Part shown: one piece after another, positions 1 to 13,418 of the stretch
Layout: each line of letters begins with the position of its first letter
How positions within the stretch are numbered: position 1 is the stretch's first letter
Assembly: GCF_001194135.2 (NCBI RefSeq)
Contig: NC_068984.1
Coordinates: 35,947,476 to 36,010,954, forward strand
Length of the DNA: 63,479 nt
Reading direction: 5' to 3'
Origin: Octopus bimaculoides
Taxonomy: Eukaryota
Position numbers and translations under genes: made by a program
The notes under the pieces: model-generated
Database searches by the model: none
Told to the model about the DNA's origin: nothing
Seen by the model: the letters and a program-made list of their open reading frames with translations, nothing else

Positions 1-275
1 GTGGAATCTAAAAACAGAACCAATTCCTATCATAGTAGGTGCCTTAGGTATAATAAAAACATATTCAGACAAATACATAACAAAAACACCAGGACTTACA
101 AATATATATAACATACAGAAAATTGCACTACTGTGTACTGCACACATTCTACGCAAAACACTTTCAATACAGTAAACATGAGAGCACCACACCAAACCAC
201 AGCACATACCCAAGGCGCACAGAGCTGCGCTCGGTAGTGAAGTGAAAGCACGTTATAAAAATAAAACTACTGAAC

Positions 276-336
<61 letters not shown>

Positions 337-337
337 G
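1..337 (+). mobile_element. 3' end of a young R4/Dong-type (RLE) non-LTR retrotransposon: C-terminal coding end, 3' UTR and (AAT)n tail
   Basis: Bases 2-175 translate as WNLKTEPIPIIVGALGIIKTYSDKYITKTPGLTNIYNIQKIALLCTAHILRKTLSIQ*, the typical RLE C-terminus (W...PIIVGALG...LQK..LLGTA.ILR). It is followed by a ~100 bp UTR and (AAT)n at ~275-337. Near-identical copies lie at 11192 and 13419. Confidence 0.85.
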
Positions 338-355
338 TTACAACAACATCGAAAA

Positions 356-1950
356 CTACATTAGGAATGAGAACCCAGGCTTGAAATTTCTTATCTTATA
401 TTTCTTATTCTCCGAGTCTCCTAGTTCATGTTCATACCATATATGTGCTCTGTTCAGGCCGTACTTTTCACATAGCCTCCAGTGGACGAAATTAGTCACG
501 TTTACGTGCCTCCTTTTGTAGTACTTTTGGCCCAGCATGCAATTCACAACTTTTGGTCCACTCACAATATGTGTCATTGTTTCGTTTATGCAGCTACACA
601 TCCTACAAATGGGCAATTCGCTGCTCATATGTTTGAAACTTTGTGTAAGTCGTTCTCAGAGCTTGTTTCTGGTCGCTGCATATCAATGCCTCAGTGCATC
701 CTTTCAGATCACGTTTTCTTATCCATCTCCTAGTGTTAACCTTGTCCTTTCCTTTGGTTTGTTTGTGGCATTGCCCTTGCAATGATTTCATTTATTTACT
801 GTTCCTTCTTCATCTTGCTTCTGAAATGTTTTGGGATATGTCAGATTTTCGGTAGGAATTTTATTGTAAATTCTAACAGCGTCAGGCAAGGATTCACTCT
901 GCTGTTTGATACACCATCCAAGACTGTTCTTTTCCTTGACAGCACTGAACTTGCATCCTATGAGACCTGTTCCTCCCCTATTCCTAGTATCGCTTTGAAA
1001 ATGCAGCAACTTGTTCTACATTTTCTGGTGTTCTTATCCATTTCCTCAAGTTCCTTCTCTGTCCATCTAACAATACCTGCACTATATTGCATTGAGGAGA
1101 CGGTCCATGTGTTCATTGCCCTGATCTTACTTTTTCCATTGAGCCTGCTTCTTATACTTAATTTCGGTCTCCTGAGATATTCACGCCTAAAGCTTTCCTT
1201 CATTTCACTTTCCTTAATTTTGTCGTATACAAAAATTCCGAAACATTTATATCCATTCGTCTCAATATCCTCGAATTTCTCGCCGTTCAGTAATTCTACA
1301 CCATACTGAATATCTGCATTGATGAGACTAAGCAATTTATTTCACGTTCGGTCTTCTTAAAGATCTTATATAACAGATAATTTTCCTCCATTTTTCAAGG
1401 TGTTCCCCGATATCACTTCCCGTAGTATTTGTGAGAGGAGTATCATGCAAATCACAAACATCAATGCTGATAGGCTACCTCCTTGAAATCTGCCTGTCTT
1501 GATGTAGAATTTCACCAAACATTTTCCACATGAATTTAACTCTGTATTCCAGTTTTTCATTGATTTCCTAATACAATTTGATGTTATCAGACACCTCTAC
1601 CAGCACAGGTCTTTCTAAAATCCATGAATGTGTGACCATGTCATATGCTTTCTTATAATGGATCTACGCCATACTCGGATTAGTAAGTCTTTTCTTGCAG
1701 TTGTTTAATACCATTCTGTGGATCAAAAGTTGATATTTGCTCCAACGGATTTCCTTCTGCTTCCTTTCTTTCCACTGGCAGTTTGTCATTCATTTCTATA
1801 TCCGAGTAGAACTATCTTCATGAAATTGAAACATTTTAAAATCATTTCGACGACGGGAGGTTCAGTTTGTTTTAGCTTCACTAATTTATTGCCATCTCAT
1901 AAACTGTTTAGTGTTTCTGTAGATCAAATCTTGAATTGTTTCCTGGTTCT
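356..1950 (-). mobile_element. Decayed R4/Dong-type non-LTR retrotransposon: RT domain, thumb and CCHC zinc knuckle, 3'-truncated at the start of the RLE
   Basis: Collinear minus-strand motifs with frameshifts and stops: IHYKKAYDMVTHSWILE (~1615-1670), GRFQGGSLSALMFVICMILLS (ORF 1366-1560), WTVSSMQYSAGIVRWTEKELEEMDKNTRK (ORF 958-1335), WIRKRDLKGCTEALICSDQKQALRT (ORF 603-791), CRMCSCINETMTHIVSG..YKRRH (ORF 356-628). Confidence 0.88.
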
Positions 1951-2789
1951 AATGTAAGAAAATTCTATTGATAGGGTAGATAATGTTGTGTACTAAGCTG
2001 ATACTTCTTAACGCACGTGTTGAATTCGTCTGTTAAGTTTACTTTGTTAAGTTTACTACCGTCATACAGCTCTGACCTTTTATTGTTAATATTTGCATCT
2101 GATGCATTAGGTATGTTATTTCCACATTAATTCCCTGTTCATGTCACATTTTAAATTTCTTATTGGATTTTCCAAAATCAACATGTACATAAGTACACTG
2201 TAACTTGTTTGATGTCAGGCTTATTCGGTAAAATTTTGCGCTTTTTAGGATGGGAAATACTATTCTTGGTTACTTTCACTATATTTGACTTTCGCGTAGG
2301 ATGTTATTACAAGACTCGTGGATGTATGTTTGGACGTTATAGTGTAGTTTTCAGTAATCTTAATATTACCAGTTTAAGGTTCCGCAGTTTAACAGGGCAA
2401 CAGAGAGCTTATGTCATTTTCTGCGTGCTACATTGATTGTATTTGTAGTTATATTTACTCATTACACATGCATTATAGTATTCTGTAATATCTCAAAGGT
2501 TTCGTGCTGTAAAGTAACATGATGAAAACTTCATATTAAAAAAAACATAAAGATTACTCTTCAATACATTTCTTCCATAAAGTCCAATAAACCATGTTAC
2601 ATTTGCTTTTCTCATTTTATATTCCATTTTGCTCCTTTTGTCGTAGACGTATTAATGGGTGATATTGTAGTTACCCTTTGTGGGTCTTTTTTTAACATAG
2701 GTTTCTTTGAGTATTCAATATTAGACAATTAAGACTGGACTTATCATATCTCACATGTTAGAATTTTCAGTATTATTTTTATGCATAGG

Positions 2790-3305
2790 GCAGAGAGCAG
2801 ATAGAATCGCTAGTACGCCGGGTAAAATGCTTAATGGCATTTCGTCCTTCCTTACGATTTGTATTCAAATTCCACAGTGGTCTACTTTGCTTTTTATGCT
2901 TTGGGGGTCGATAAAATAAGCACCAATTGAACATTAGGGTCGCTGTAATCAAATTATCTCCCCCTCAGAATCTCTGGGTTTGTGAAATCAGTATTATTAT
3001 TGCGTATAGCGGCGAGCTTGCGAATCGTCAATGCATTGAACAAAATGCATAACAGCATTTCTTACGATTCCTTACGTTCTGAGTTAAAATCTCATCTAGT
3101 TCGACCAAAGTTCGGAGTGCAGGCAGAAAATACGTAGCGGCATTTCATCCGTCTTTACGTTCTTTGTACAAACTCACCCGGTGTTGCCGTTGCCTTTCAT
3201 CCTTTCGGAATCGAAAAAATAAGTACCCATTGAGTACTGAGGTCGATGTAACTGACTTCACTACTCCGAAATTACTGGCCTCGTACCAAAATTTGAAACT
3301 AATAC
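2790..3305 (+). mobile_element. Three head-to-tail diverged or partial copies of tRNA-derived SINE family 1
   Basis: Each is homologous to the well-preserved copy at 34170-34385, e.g. ttcaaattccacagtggtctactttgc..ggggtcgataaaataagcacc, ggcgagcttg..cttacgttctgagtt and gcctttcatcctttcggaatcgaaaaaataagtacc. Confidence 0.75.
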
Positions 3306-6300
3306 ATGCAGCGATTTATTTCTATGTTATTTCCAGATATTTGTATATATTTATTTTTATTTTGCAGTTTTTCCATGTTTCGTTTCATGTTAATTATCAA
3401 GAGATTTTAGACTCATTAATATCATTTTTCAGATTAATTTATTTTATTTTCCGTCTCTCGTGAAAGCTAACTGTTTTGTTTATGGCAATATTAGAGTTTT
3501 ATTATTGTGATCCGGATCTCTGCAGCTAGTTACATAATCGTCGAGGATAATTAAATTGAATGCAATTACACTAGTATTATCACTTATTCGTTTATTTGCA
3601 ATATTCTTCTAAATTTGAAATGTGGAGGGAAGACTTACTGTTGTGTCAGGATATATTTTGTGTACGCATGTGTAATTTATGCTATATCGAAATTTGTGCA
3701 ATAGTTATCAGTCAATGTAACAAATATTCCTTTGAACTCAAAATCACATTTCAGCAAACCCTCCTCATGATATTTACTTTTATCATCTAATATTTCGAAG
3801 TTATTTTGGGTAGCCTAAGAGAAATATTCTATACAAGATTACTTAGCACATAGGTTGGGTGATGAGAACTGTGTGTGTAGCAAATATTTTCAGTATATTT
3901 GTGGCAAAGAAAGTGTGAGCTATTTTCCAACCCAAGATAAAATCGAGAAAATTTACCTATTTATTAAGTAATCTAAAGGAGTTAGGTGATAATACTTAAA
4001 GAAGGGCTATAATTTATTAAGAATTTCCTAGGGATAGAAAGATTAATGCTAAGTACTGCGAATAATGTGGCATCCTTGTTATAGTTCTTTAAATTGGTCC
4101 TCTTTAATAACGTGTTTGATTTATTAAGAAGAATGGATGTAATTGAAATGTAATAGATATCATATGAAAATGATCAAACATTTTTGGTTTTTGATCTTTT
4201 GTGGGGGAGTTTTTCAACGAAACATGTAATGCATTAGTGTCCATCATGGTGAAAGTTTCATCTTCTTGTTTTCGGGGATGTTTGTTTTCTAGTATTTGTG
4301 AATTCGAGGGACATATCAGCCTTCTACAAAGTGTGTCAAGTTTATTTGTGCATCTTATAAGATTATATAATTATTTCGTATCATATATTTTCTGAAGGTG
4401 CACAGGAAGCATAGCAGCTTTGATCGGGTGGGTTGGTAACTAAATACCTTTCTCCAGTATCTACTGTTTTAAATATAGGCGAGAAAGAAAAGTTACGAAT
4501 GAAAATAAATCATAAAATAGATTTGAATTTGCTAAATATTAATTCCAAAATATGTGCGTGAATGAAAGAAGTAACTCAAGAAATCATTTAATACATATTT
4601 ATTTCTCAACGTCATTGTTTTAATATCATCTTTACAAGACATTAAAGTTTAGAAGAAACATTTTTTAGGAAATGGTTCGGGAGAAGATATTTAATTTGTT
4701 TGTCTAAATGGCATAGTAATAAGTAAATTATATAATAACTTTCTGCAAGCGATTTGATAGAAACGTAGTTCGTCTTCATAAAACATTATTTCAAATGAAG
4801 TTAAATTAAATTATATATTACGTAGATTATATAGGATTTAAATGTCTGCAATAGATAAGGATATTTACCGTTCGCAATAAAAAGAATGAAAAATTAGCAA
4901 GCAACAATGTACAGTCTTAAGTATCAATACTGAGCTAAAGAATTCAAACTAGTACATGTATAAATACGTAGAATGAATCTCGATAAATACATGTAGTTTC
5001 GGGAGTAAATATCAACAGCAAAATCTTCAATTTCAAACATAATTAATTTCTTGGTGAGTATCAGAGTTATGAGAAAGCGTCCACGTTCTCTGAATGGACA
5101 TAGAGTAAGTGTATGTTGGAAATTTTCTAGTTCAATTGTTTCTTCGAAAGTCATTCCAGATAACCTATAACATAGGTCACATGACTTCAGAATTAAACGT
5201 TAGGTCGAAAACATACATGATTCGTGTTTATGGAAACAAACAATGGCCCTCCTTAAATAATTCCATTTTGCTCGATGTAGATCTTACTTTGTTGCAACTT
5301 GCGAAAGGTTCATCGGAAAGAGCCTCCAATTAATCAAAGTTTTACATTTTAGTTCATAGATTAACAGAAGGTTTTGCTTTCACAAATACGTTTTTGTTGC
5401 TTTCTTGGTAATGATAATGGGGATAAATTATTGTTAAATTTGGGAAAAAGCAATTTGATTTCTCTGTATCCATGTGTTTGTAAACATTTTGTCATTTGTC
5501 AAAACCTGCACACACTGCAGGTATTTAGTGATGAGTAATTTAGAAATGAACCATGATTTTATTGTCTCACTATCAATAACAGGCAATTGTACATTATCTT
5601 CTTTATTTTAACTTCAGCATATAGAACAAAGTCATTTACTACATATCACTAGCTCGATTTTGGCAACTTTGCTTCGACGCTTTTACTTTTCTTTCCTTCT
5701 GCTTTTGATGTGATATCACCCTTTATATTTTAGACTTTGATGTAAGCATGTTATCTTGAAATTTCACGGGGATGGTTAATTATTGTAATTGGTTTTGTGT
5801 TGATAAGCATGGATGAGTTCGTCACTTCTGCTTTTCAATTTAAGCATTGCGTGTAACATTCTGATATCTGGTGGGGCAATATCAGGCAAACGTTCAATAT
5901 TATGAAGGTCAGAAACTAATTCGTAAATATTGTTATATCTTCTCGAGAACGGTGAATCTTATGCCCGCAATGAGGATATATAATTCCAGCAACAAAAATG
6001 CAAAACTGCTAAAAGAGATGCTACGCACCCAATCACACACATATACACGCGATTACAGGCTCACAAAAACGACCGAGCAATCCTACGCGCGAGCGCGGAC
6101 ATACGATTCTGCTGATACACATTCATGTGCAAATAAACTCACATTCAAATACTGTTAGGTAGAATGATAAATTAAGAGAAAATGCGAGCCAGTCGAATGC
6201 AAAACACACTCACGAATTCTCGTAAGGAAAATATGGAAAGTCATGCAGCAGGTTTATGTAATGAAAGATATCTCTCCATGAGTGTGAAATATTTATTTGA

Positions 6301-6780
6301 ACGAATATTTATATTTATGTACGTTTATGATAGCCGATAAACTGAGGATATGTTTCACCGCATGACCAAAAAAATTATTGGAAGAAAAAACTGTAAAAGT
6401 ATTGCAAAAACGAACATAAAAGAAAATATTTATGTCACTTCGAAGTTTTGAAAAAAGTTTTCATTAGAGAAATAGACATAAGAAAGTATGTGTTATATCT
6501 ACACTCTGAATAGCAGAATTGAGACTTTAAAAAAACATAGCCCTAAAAAGTATGAGATAATAACTAACATAAATATAAATGCAATAAAACAAACGATTGA
6601 AACATCTAATTATCAGTGCTATTGAAAATGAGAACTAGTTCACCAGGATATCGTTCATATAATGTTCAAATTTTAAATAATGTTTGGTGTGTGTGAAATT
6701 ACTCCTTAATGGGTAGCTATTTTAGATACCCATGGAACACTTTAAGGTTTGCGTATGTATATATATATATATATATATAT

Positions 6781-7682
6781 NNNNNNNNNNNNNNNNNNNN
6801 NNNNNNNNNNNNNNNNNNNNNNNNNNNNNNNNNNNNNNNNNNNNNNNNNNNNNNNNNNNNNNNNNNNNNNNNNNNNNNNNNNNNNNNNNNNNNNNNNNNN
6901 NNNNNNNNNNNNNNNNNNNNNNNNNNNNNNNNNNNNNNNNNNNNNNNNNNNNNNNNNNNNNNNNNNNNNNNNNNNNNNNNNNNNNNNNNNNNNNNNNNNN
7001 NNNNNNNNNNNNNNNNNNNNNNNNNNNNNNNNNNNNNNNNNNNNNNNNNNNNNNNNNNNNNNNNNNNNNNNNNNNNNNNNNNNNNNNNNNNNNNNNNNNN
7101 NNNNNNNNNNNNNNNNNNNNNNNNNNNNNNNNNNNNNNNNNNNNNNNNNNNNNNNNNNNNNNNNNNNNNNNNNNNNNNNNNNNNNNNNNNNNNNNNNNNN
7201 NNNNNNNNNNNNNNNNNNNNNNNNNNNNNNNNNNNNNNNNNNNNNNNNNNNNNNNNNNNNNNNNNNNNNNNNNNNNNNNNNNNNNNNNNNNNNNNNNNNN
7301 NNNNNNNNNNNNNNNNNNNNNNNNNNNNNNNNNNNNNNNNNNNNNNNNNNNNNNNNNNNNNNNNNNNNNNNNNNNNNNNNNNNNNNNNNNNNNNNNNNNN
7401 NNNNNNNNNNNNNNNNNNNNNNNNNNNNNNNNNNNNNNNNNNNNNNNNNNNNNNNNNNNNNNNNNNNNNNNNNNNNNNNNNNNNNNNNNNNNNNNNNNNN
7501 NNNNNNNNNNNNNNNNNNNNNNNNNNNNNNNNNNNNNNNNNNNNNNNNNNNNNNNNNNNNNNNNNNNNNNNNNNNNNNNNNNNNNNNNNNNNNNNNNNNN
7601 NNNNNNNNNNNNNNNNNNNNNNNNNNNNNNNNNNNNNNNNNNNNNNNNNNNNNNNNNNNNNNNNNNNNNNNNNNNNNNNNNN
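6781..7682. other. Assembly gap (N) flanked by (AT)n
   Basis: Run of N. Confidence 1.
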
Positions 7683-8744
7683 ATATATATATATATATAT
7701 ACATACAACTGTGTGCACCTGGCTTTCTTTTGTGGTCGAGTTGTCATTTTTTACAGTGTAATGCATAATGTCCAGTAACGTAATTGCTACTGATATCGGG
7801 TTCGACAAAACGGCTACCACACTTAAATACGTTCAGAGTCCTATTTGGTCACATAACACGCTTTAACGGCACTGTCCACAATGGCGATAATCTAATGAGT
7901 GAAAATAGTAAAAGAGTAAAATTATATATCTACAAGACAGAGTACAAGTTTAATGATTCAGACGAGACGTTGTAAATAAGATTAGAAGTTTTCTGACTAT
8001 CATATATTCATATATTGATGTTGAAGATTGTACATCTCTTCTGCGTTTGATACTTGTGCATGTGTAAACGTTGAGAAACTGAATTCGATCATGTAATTTA
8101 TATTTCTAAATTGAAGTCATTTGAAAAATGAAAAAAATATACCTAATTATGTAATCAGTAAAAAAAAATATTGTTAATCAACGATAAGAAATTCTTATTC
8201 CATCAAAAGTTCAAGTACACGTGATAAAGCCGGATGATTATGGATCACTTTGGAGCATTCTAAATTTCTCATACAAAGCGGTGATGAGGTAATCTCTAGT
8301 TAGGTTCGCAATATGAGAGATAAAAAAAAATTAGTAGTATATTGTGTTAGTGAATATATGCAGTGGAGTGCCTTAGATCAATATCTGCAAAGTTAGGTAT
8401 TTGTGTTTCTCCACGCTGCAAGGTCCAGCAGACGTTGGGAAAAGCATGATTTCAACCATTAAAATGAAGACATTTCAACCGCCTAAAAATCTGTAAGGTA
8501 GCAAAATCCCACAGCTACCTTAAGATGATGAAGATGCCGCAATGTTAAGTAATATTTTACTACATAAAACTCTTAGAAAAAAGCAATTTTCTAAATAAAG
8601 TCATATATATTTGCTATTAATTACTGGTCTGCTATTAGAGACACTAATCAAAACGATAGATATAATAATGAAAGGCAACGAAATCAATCCATGTTTCAAT
8701 AGTAAACTTTCATGTCTTTTTCCTTAGCTTCTTTCAATTATTGG

Positions 8745-9115
8745 AGTACAGCCATGCTGGAGCACCACCTTTAATAATCTTTTTAGTGAAAAATATCGAC
8801 CCAATTCCATTTTTTAATGCCTGGTCTCGTATTCCGAATCTCGAAGTTATTAACACCGGTTCAGAACTAGTGATGGTAGACAAACACAGACACAAGCACA
8901 CACATGTAATACATACACATATAATACATATACACGATTGGTTTCTTTCAATTTCTCTCTACCAAATCTATTCCCAAGGATTTGGTCAGCCGGAGGCTAT
9001 AGTAGAAGATAGTTGCGAAGGTTCCACGCAACCCGTATGATGTGGCTCCGAAGAAATCTTCTAGCCACACAACCACGCCTATGCCTATGGCTGTTACATT
9101 ACCAGCCTTTAAAAT
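8745..9115 (-). mobile_element. SINE family 2, diverged near-full-length copy with internal (CA/TA) microsatellite
   Basis: The reverse complement of ggtcagccggaggctatagtagaagat..accaaatc matches the + copy at 37125 (tcttctactatagcctcgggtcgacc..gatttgg). The 3' segment gccatgctggagcaccacc..atcgaccc matches the recalled octopus SINE tail (recall, not checked). Confidence 0.7.
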
Positions 9116-9677
9116 ATAAGTTATTCTAGTTAGACAGGTGTTTAGAAGCGTAAGAATATAGATTTTCAGCATAATATTTCATGCTGTAATTAATACAATA
9201 TCTAAGCCTCAGTGCACATGTTAGGACGTGATATACAGTGAGAAATTCATGAAAGTCATAATTTACAAAATAATACAATATCGCAAAATGTTCCTGTAAC
9301 AATAAATATTAACATGTACAATTTACTTTCTTTAATATGGCACTTCATCTGTTCAGATATGTATATATGAATGTTACATTAGAAAATTCTATTTATTTAT
9401 TCATAAGAATAAGTGACTCAATATATGTGAGAAAATGTACTACGGCTATTTGGGATGAATATATACATTATCAATATCATTGAGTTAGGAGTTACGGAAT
9501 ATTATTCTCACAAACAATGCATAAATTGTCAAGATGGAATGTCTTTCTAATTCCAGGTGGATTATTCCATATATGTTTCATGTAAAAATGAAATGCGCAG
9601 ATGAGATCCAGTCCAATGGGAAAAAGATAAATGGATCTAGTATCCATATACATTCAAGAATATATATATATATATAT

Positions 9678-9713
<36 letters not shown>

Positions 9714-9771
9714 ATGAACATATGTATATATGCGCATATATATATATACACATACATATGTATATATATAT

Positions 9772-10555
9772 NNNNNNNNNNNNNNNNNNNNNNNNNNNNN
9801 NNNNNNNNNNNNNNNNNNNNNNNNNNNNNNNNNNNNNNNNNNNNNNNNNNNNNNNNNNNNNNNNNNNNNNNNNNNNNNNNNNNNNNNNNNNNNNNNNNNN
9901 NNNNNNNNNNNNNNNNNNNNNNNNNNNNNNNNNNNNNNNNNNNNNNNNNNNNNNNNNNNNNNNNNNNNNNNNNNNNNNNNNNNNNNNNNNNNNNNNNNNN
10001 NNNNNNNNNNNNNNNNNNNNNNNNNNNNNNNNNNNNNNNNNNNNNNNNNNNNNNNNNNNNNNNNNNNNNNNNNNNNNNNNNNNNNNNNNNNNNNNNNNNN
10101 NNNNNNNNNNNNNNNNNNNNNNNNNNNNNNNNNNNNNNNNNNNNNNNNNNNNNNNNNNNNNNNNNNNNNNNNNNNNNNNNNNNNNNNNNNNNNNNNNNNN
10201 NNNNNNNNNNNNNNNNNNNNNNNNNNNNNNNNNNNNNNNNNNNNNNNNNNNNNNNNNNNNNNNNNNNNNNNNNNNNNNNNNNNNNNNNNNNNNNNNNNNN
10301 NNNNNNNNNNNNNNNNNNNNNNNNNNNNNNNNNNNNNNNNNNNNNNNNNNNNNNNNNNNNNNNNNNNNNNNNNNNNNNNNNNNNNNNNNNNNNNNNNNNN
10401 NNNNNNNNNNNNNNNNNNNNNNNNNNNNNNNNNNNNNNNNNNNNNNNNNNNNNNNNNNNNNNNNNNNNNNNNNNNNNNNNNNNNNNNNNNNNNNNNNNNN
10501 NNNNNNNNNNNNNNNNNNNNNNNNNNNNNNNNNNNNNNNNNNNNNNNNNNNNNNN
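9772..10555. other. Assembly gap (N) flanked by AT/GT/CA repeats
   Basis: Run of N. Confidence 1.
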
Positions 10556-10609
10556 ATATACACACACACACAACTGGTTTCCTTTAGTTTCCGTCTAACA
10601 AATTCTCTC

Positions 10610-10725
10610 TCAAGATATTGATCGCACCTAGGCTATAGTAGAAGGCAATTGACTAAGTGTCTACGCAGTGGGACAAATAGCAGGACCGTGTGATTTGGAA
10701 GCAAGCTTCTCAAAACAAGGTCATC
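10610..10725 (-). mobile_element. SINE family 2 head fragment
   Basis: ggctatagtagaaggcaattgactaagtgtctacgcagtgggac..gtgtgatttggaagcaagcttct is the reverse complement of the head seen at 37140-37225. Confidence 0.7.
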
Positions 10726-10954
10726 ATTGGCCTCACCTAACAGCCTCCAACAAAGCCTTATTTTATCTTTTACTAGTTTCTCCCTCGAAGAAATTGAGTG
10801 CAGTACATTTTGAAACCTACTAGTTATTTTGTCAGTCTGTTGTTGAGCGTGCACAAATTCATTCCGGTATTGTATTGAGTTAGTACTTTTTTTTTATTTC
10901 TTCAGGTGTGCTCCAATCTTTTGTTGCATTAACGCTTATATTCTGTGTTGAGTG

Positions 10955-11104
10955 TGTAATGCATTCATATGGGGTCACCATGTCGCGCACATGTGATTCT
11001 GAAGCATATGTACCCTTATCAGAGAAGTAGTCAGGATGGGTATAATGGGCTTCGTATATTTGTGCCCCAGTGTCACTCTGATGGCATGCTCTGTTCTCTC
11101 ACTC
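10955..11104 (+). mobile_element. 3' part of ORF-less (AAT)n-associated repeat ('family B')
   Basis: caccatgtcgcgcacat..cccttatca..tagtca..gggcttcgtat..cagtgt..tctctcactc followed by an AAT-rich tail; homologous to 11925-12060. Confidence 0.75.
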
Positions 11105-11191
11105 AATAACAAAAACAGAAACTACTTTAATGATAATGGTAATAATAATAATAATAATAATACTAATAGTAATAATAATAATAATAATAAT

Positions 11192-11406
11192 AAAAAAATA
11201 TTCAGACAAATACATAACAAAAACACCAGGACTTACAAATATATATAACATACAGAAAATTGCACTACTGGGTACTGCACACATTCTACGCAAAACACTT
11301 TCAATACAGTAAACATAAGAGCACCACAGCAAACCACAGCACATACCCAAGGCGCACAGAGCTGCGCTCGGTAGTGAAGTGAAAGTACGTTATAAAAATA
11401 AAACTA

Positions 11407-11453
<47 letters not shown>

Positions 11454-11463
11454 CAACAACAGC

Positions 11464-11495
<32 letters not shown>

Positions 11496-11500
11496 CGACA
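11192..11500 (+). mobile_element. 5'-truncated young R4/Dong-type 3' end inside (AAT)n, with (AAT)n(AAC)n tail
   Basis: About 5-6 differences in ~220 bp from bases 58-280. It encodes KKYSDKYITKTPGLTNIYNIQKIALLGTAHILRKTLSIQ* and has AAT repeats on both sides. Confidence 0.88.
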
Positions 11501-11504
11501 ACAA

Positions 11505-12060
11505 TTTCCTTGATGCAGTACCAGACATGGCTCTCATGGCTTTTGATCTTAATTGATTGAAAGTGTAATCATGTACATTATGTTGTCTTGGCATGAAAAA
11601 TGGGCTACAGGAAATATTTTGCTGAATACAATAGATGTACTTGTCAGTTGTTTCAGCTAAACCAGTTCAGCATGTTCTTTGGTGGCTGACGATGTGTGCA
11701 TCTCTGATCACGAGCAAAAGCAGTTGGGGAGCATCATAGACATGTGTTGAGAGAAATTCTTTGGAGTTTGAATAATTCACCTTTGGAAAAATGGGTGTTT
11801 TGTTCAATATTCTTATATAACCCTTATTTAAGGACCATTTGAGCGGGATGGTCTACTCTACATTAAGAAAATTCTAGCTGGGCTCCCACCTGCTAGGTCA
11901 TGCGGTGTTTATCTTAATATGGGAATACCATGTCGCGCACATATGGTTGTGATGTATGTGACTTGTGTGCCCTTATCATACAGTTAGTCATTATAGGCAT
12001 ACTGGGCTTTGTATGTTTTACTTCAGTGTTACGTTGAATGCATGCACTTCTCTCTCACTT
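11505..12060 (+). mobile_element. Apparently full-length ~560 bp ORF-less repeat ('family B') between AAC and AAT tracts
   Basis: Its 5' end matches 13377-13418 (minus), an internal part matches 14344-14392 (minus) and its 3' end matches 10955-11104. It ends in tctctcactt(aat)n. Confidence 0.75.
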
Positions 12061-12090
12061 AATAATAATAACGATAATCATTATAAACCT

Positions 12091-12195
12091 TTCTACTAAA
12101 GGCACAAGTCCTGAAATTTGTCGGGGGGTGAGTAGTTGGTTACGCCCACCCTATGTTTTACTTATACTTCATTTATCGACCCCGAAATGATGTAA
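12091..12195 (-). mobile_element. SINE family 1, 3' fragment
   Basis: ttctactaaaggcacaagtcctgaaatttg..tttatcgaccccgaaa matches 34175-34270. Confidence 0.7.
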
Positions 12196-12209
12196 TGCGA
12201 AATAATAAT

Positions 12210-12830
12210 GATGATCACACACGCAGAGTCTAAAAAGGCGTGGCTGATTAAGATTGTATAAATATGCAACGTGGATATAGGGATGCAATTTCGTATCTCG
12301 AAGTGTGCGAAGCTTTCTCTGAAGCGCGGAAAAAGAGTAGATTGTAGGGGCACAGAATTGCTAAACAGAGCCAGAATGGAAGACCCTGTTGATGGTGGGT
12401 ACTAGTGCTTTAGGTACTGGAGCTGGACAATATCTTGCATAAAAAATGCAAGATAAAGTAATCGCTGCATAATTTAAGCCACTTAAACTTCTCTTGAAGT
12501 CAAAACTCAACTCAAAAAACATTGAGTGAATACTATCAGCACATGGACAGTTGATATAGTACACCCATCCTGAAATGGGCACAAGCGGAGATTAACCACC
12601 TTAATCTACTACCCGAAAGCAAAGACAATTCATGGTGCTCTCCACCCTAAGGCGAATCTACACAAGCTCTACATGAAGCGGCGTAAAGGTGAACGTGGTC
12701 TAATTCGCATACGAGATTGCATCAACAGTGAAAAGAAACATGGAAGAATATTTGGTAAATAACAAACAGGGCCTGCTATAGTACGTACTTGAGAGTGCTC
12801 ATGAATTTCTATCATGAATAGCCAAAGAGA
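12210..12830 (+). mobile_element. Decayed R4/Dong-type RT C-terminus and thumb fragment
   Basis: Translates across frameshifts as DIGMQFRISKCAKLSLKRGK, VLELDNILHKKMQDKV, TPILKWAQAEINHLN and IHGALHPKANLHKLYMKRRKGERGLIRIRDCINSEK. Confidence 0.8.
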
Positions 12831-12849
12831 GAGGAGAAACCCTTAGAAC

Positions 12850-13145
12850 CACCGTTTCTGGTCTTAAATCACTTTTAGTCATCCAAAGTCACATTTTTTC
12901 TTTGTCTTATCTTCAGCATCCCTATGAAATTATCCGTGCATTCTTTTCTTTACCCATCTATTTTCAATTTCAATCGTTTTCAGTTGCTTGTATAGTGCTT
13001 TATCTTTGCAGTCTTTCATCCTACACAAGCCTGACTTTCTTACTTCTAATAATAGCAGTTCTGTGGCATTTTTTCACATAGCATGCTATGTTGTTTTCTT
13101 CTGCTCTAATGCTGTGTTCGCTTCCAATAAGTCCTCAGAATCAGC
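12850..13145 (-). mobile_element. Decayed R4/Dong-type thumb-to-linker fragment
   Basis: Minus strand: GLIGSEHSIRAEENNIACYVK..KRMHG*FHRDAED..WMTKSDLRPET. Confidence 0.7.
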
Positions 13146-13374
13146 GTTAGAGGCATCAAGGATAGTACAACGATCAGTGGGGACAGTCAGTCCCCTTGGA
13201 AGATGACCCTCCTGATTTCTACTGTCCCTAAACTTTTTCCGTATACTGTCTAGTCTGTCCTCCAATTCGCCACACTTTTTCCAAGCAATTGCTCAACATT
13301 CGATGCAATACCAAATAGGTTAATACATCCCATTATCCAAGAATGGGAATTACTATAATCGATCCATGACATGG

Positions 13375-13418
13375 CTAAATTACCACGAGAGCCACTACAT
13401 CGTACTGCATCAGGGCAT
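13375..13418 (-). mobile_element. 5' terminus fragment of 'family B' repeat
   Basis: The reverse complement tgccctgatgcagtacgatgtagtggctctcgtgg matches ttccttgatgcagtaccagacatggctctcatgg at 11505. Confidence 0.65.

Noticed and set aside
11505-11530. Similarity of the family B 5' end (tgatgcagtacc) to the U2 snRNA 3' region
   Set aside because: Only an ~8 nt exact match and no other U2 sequence.
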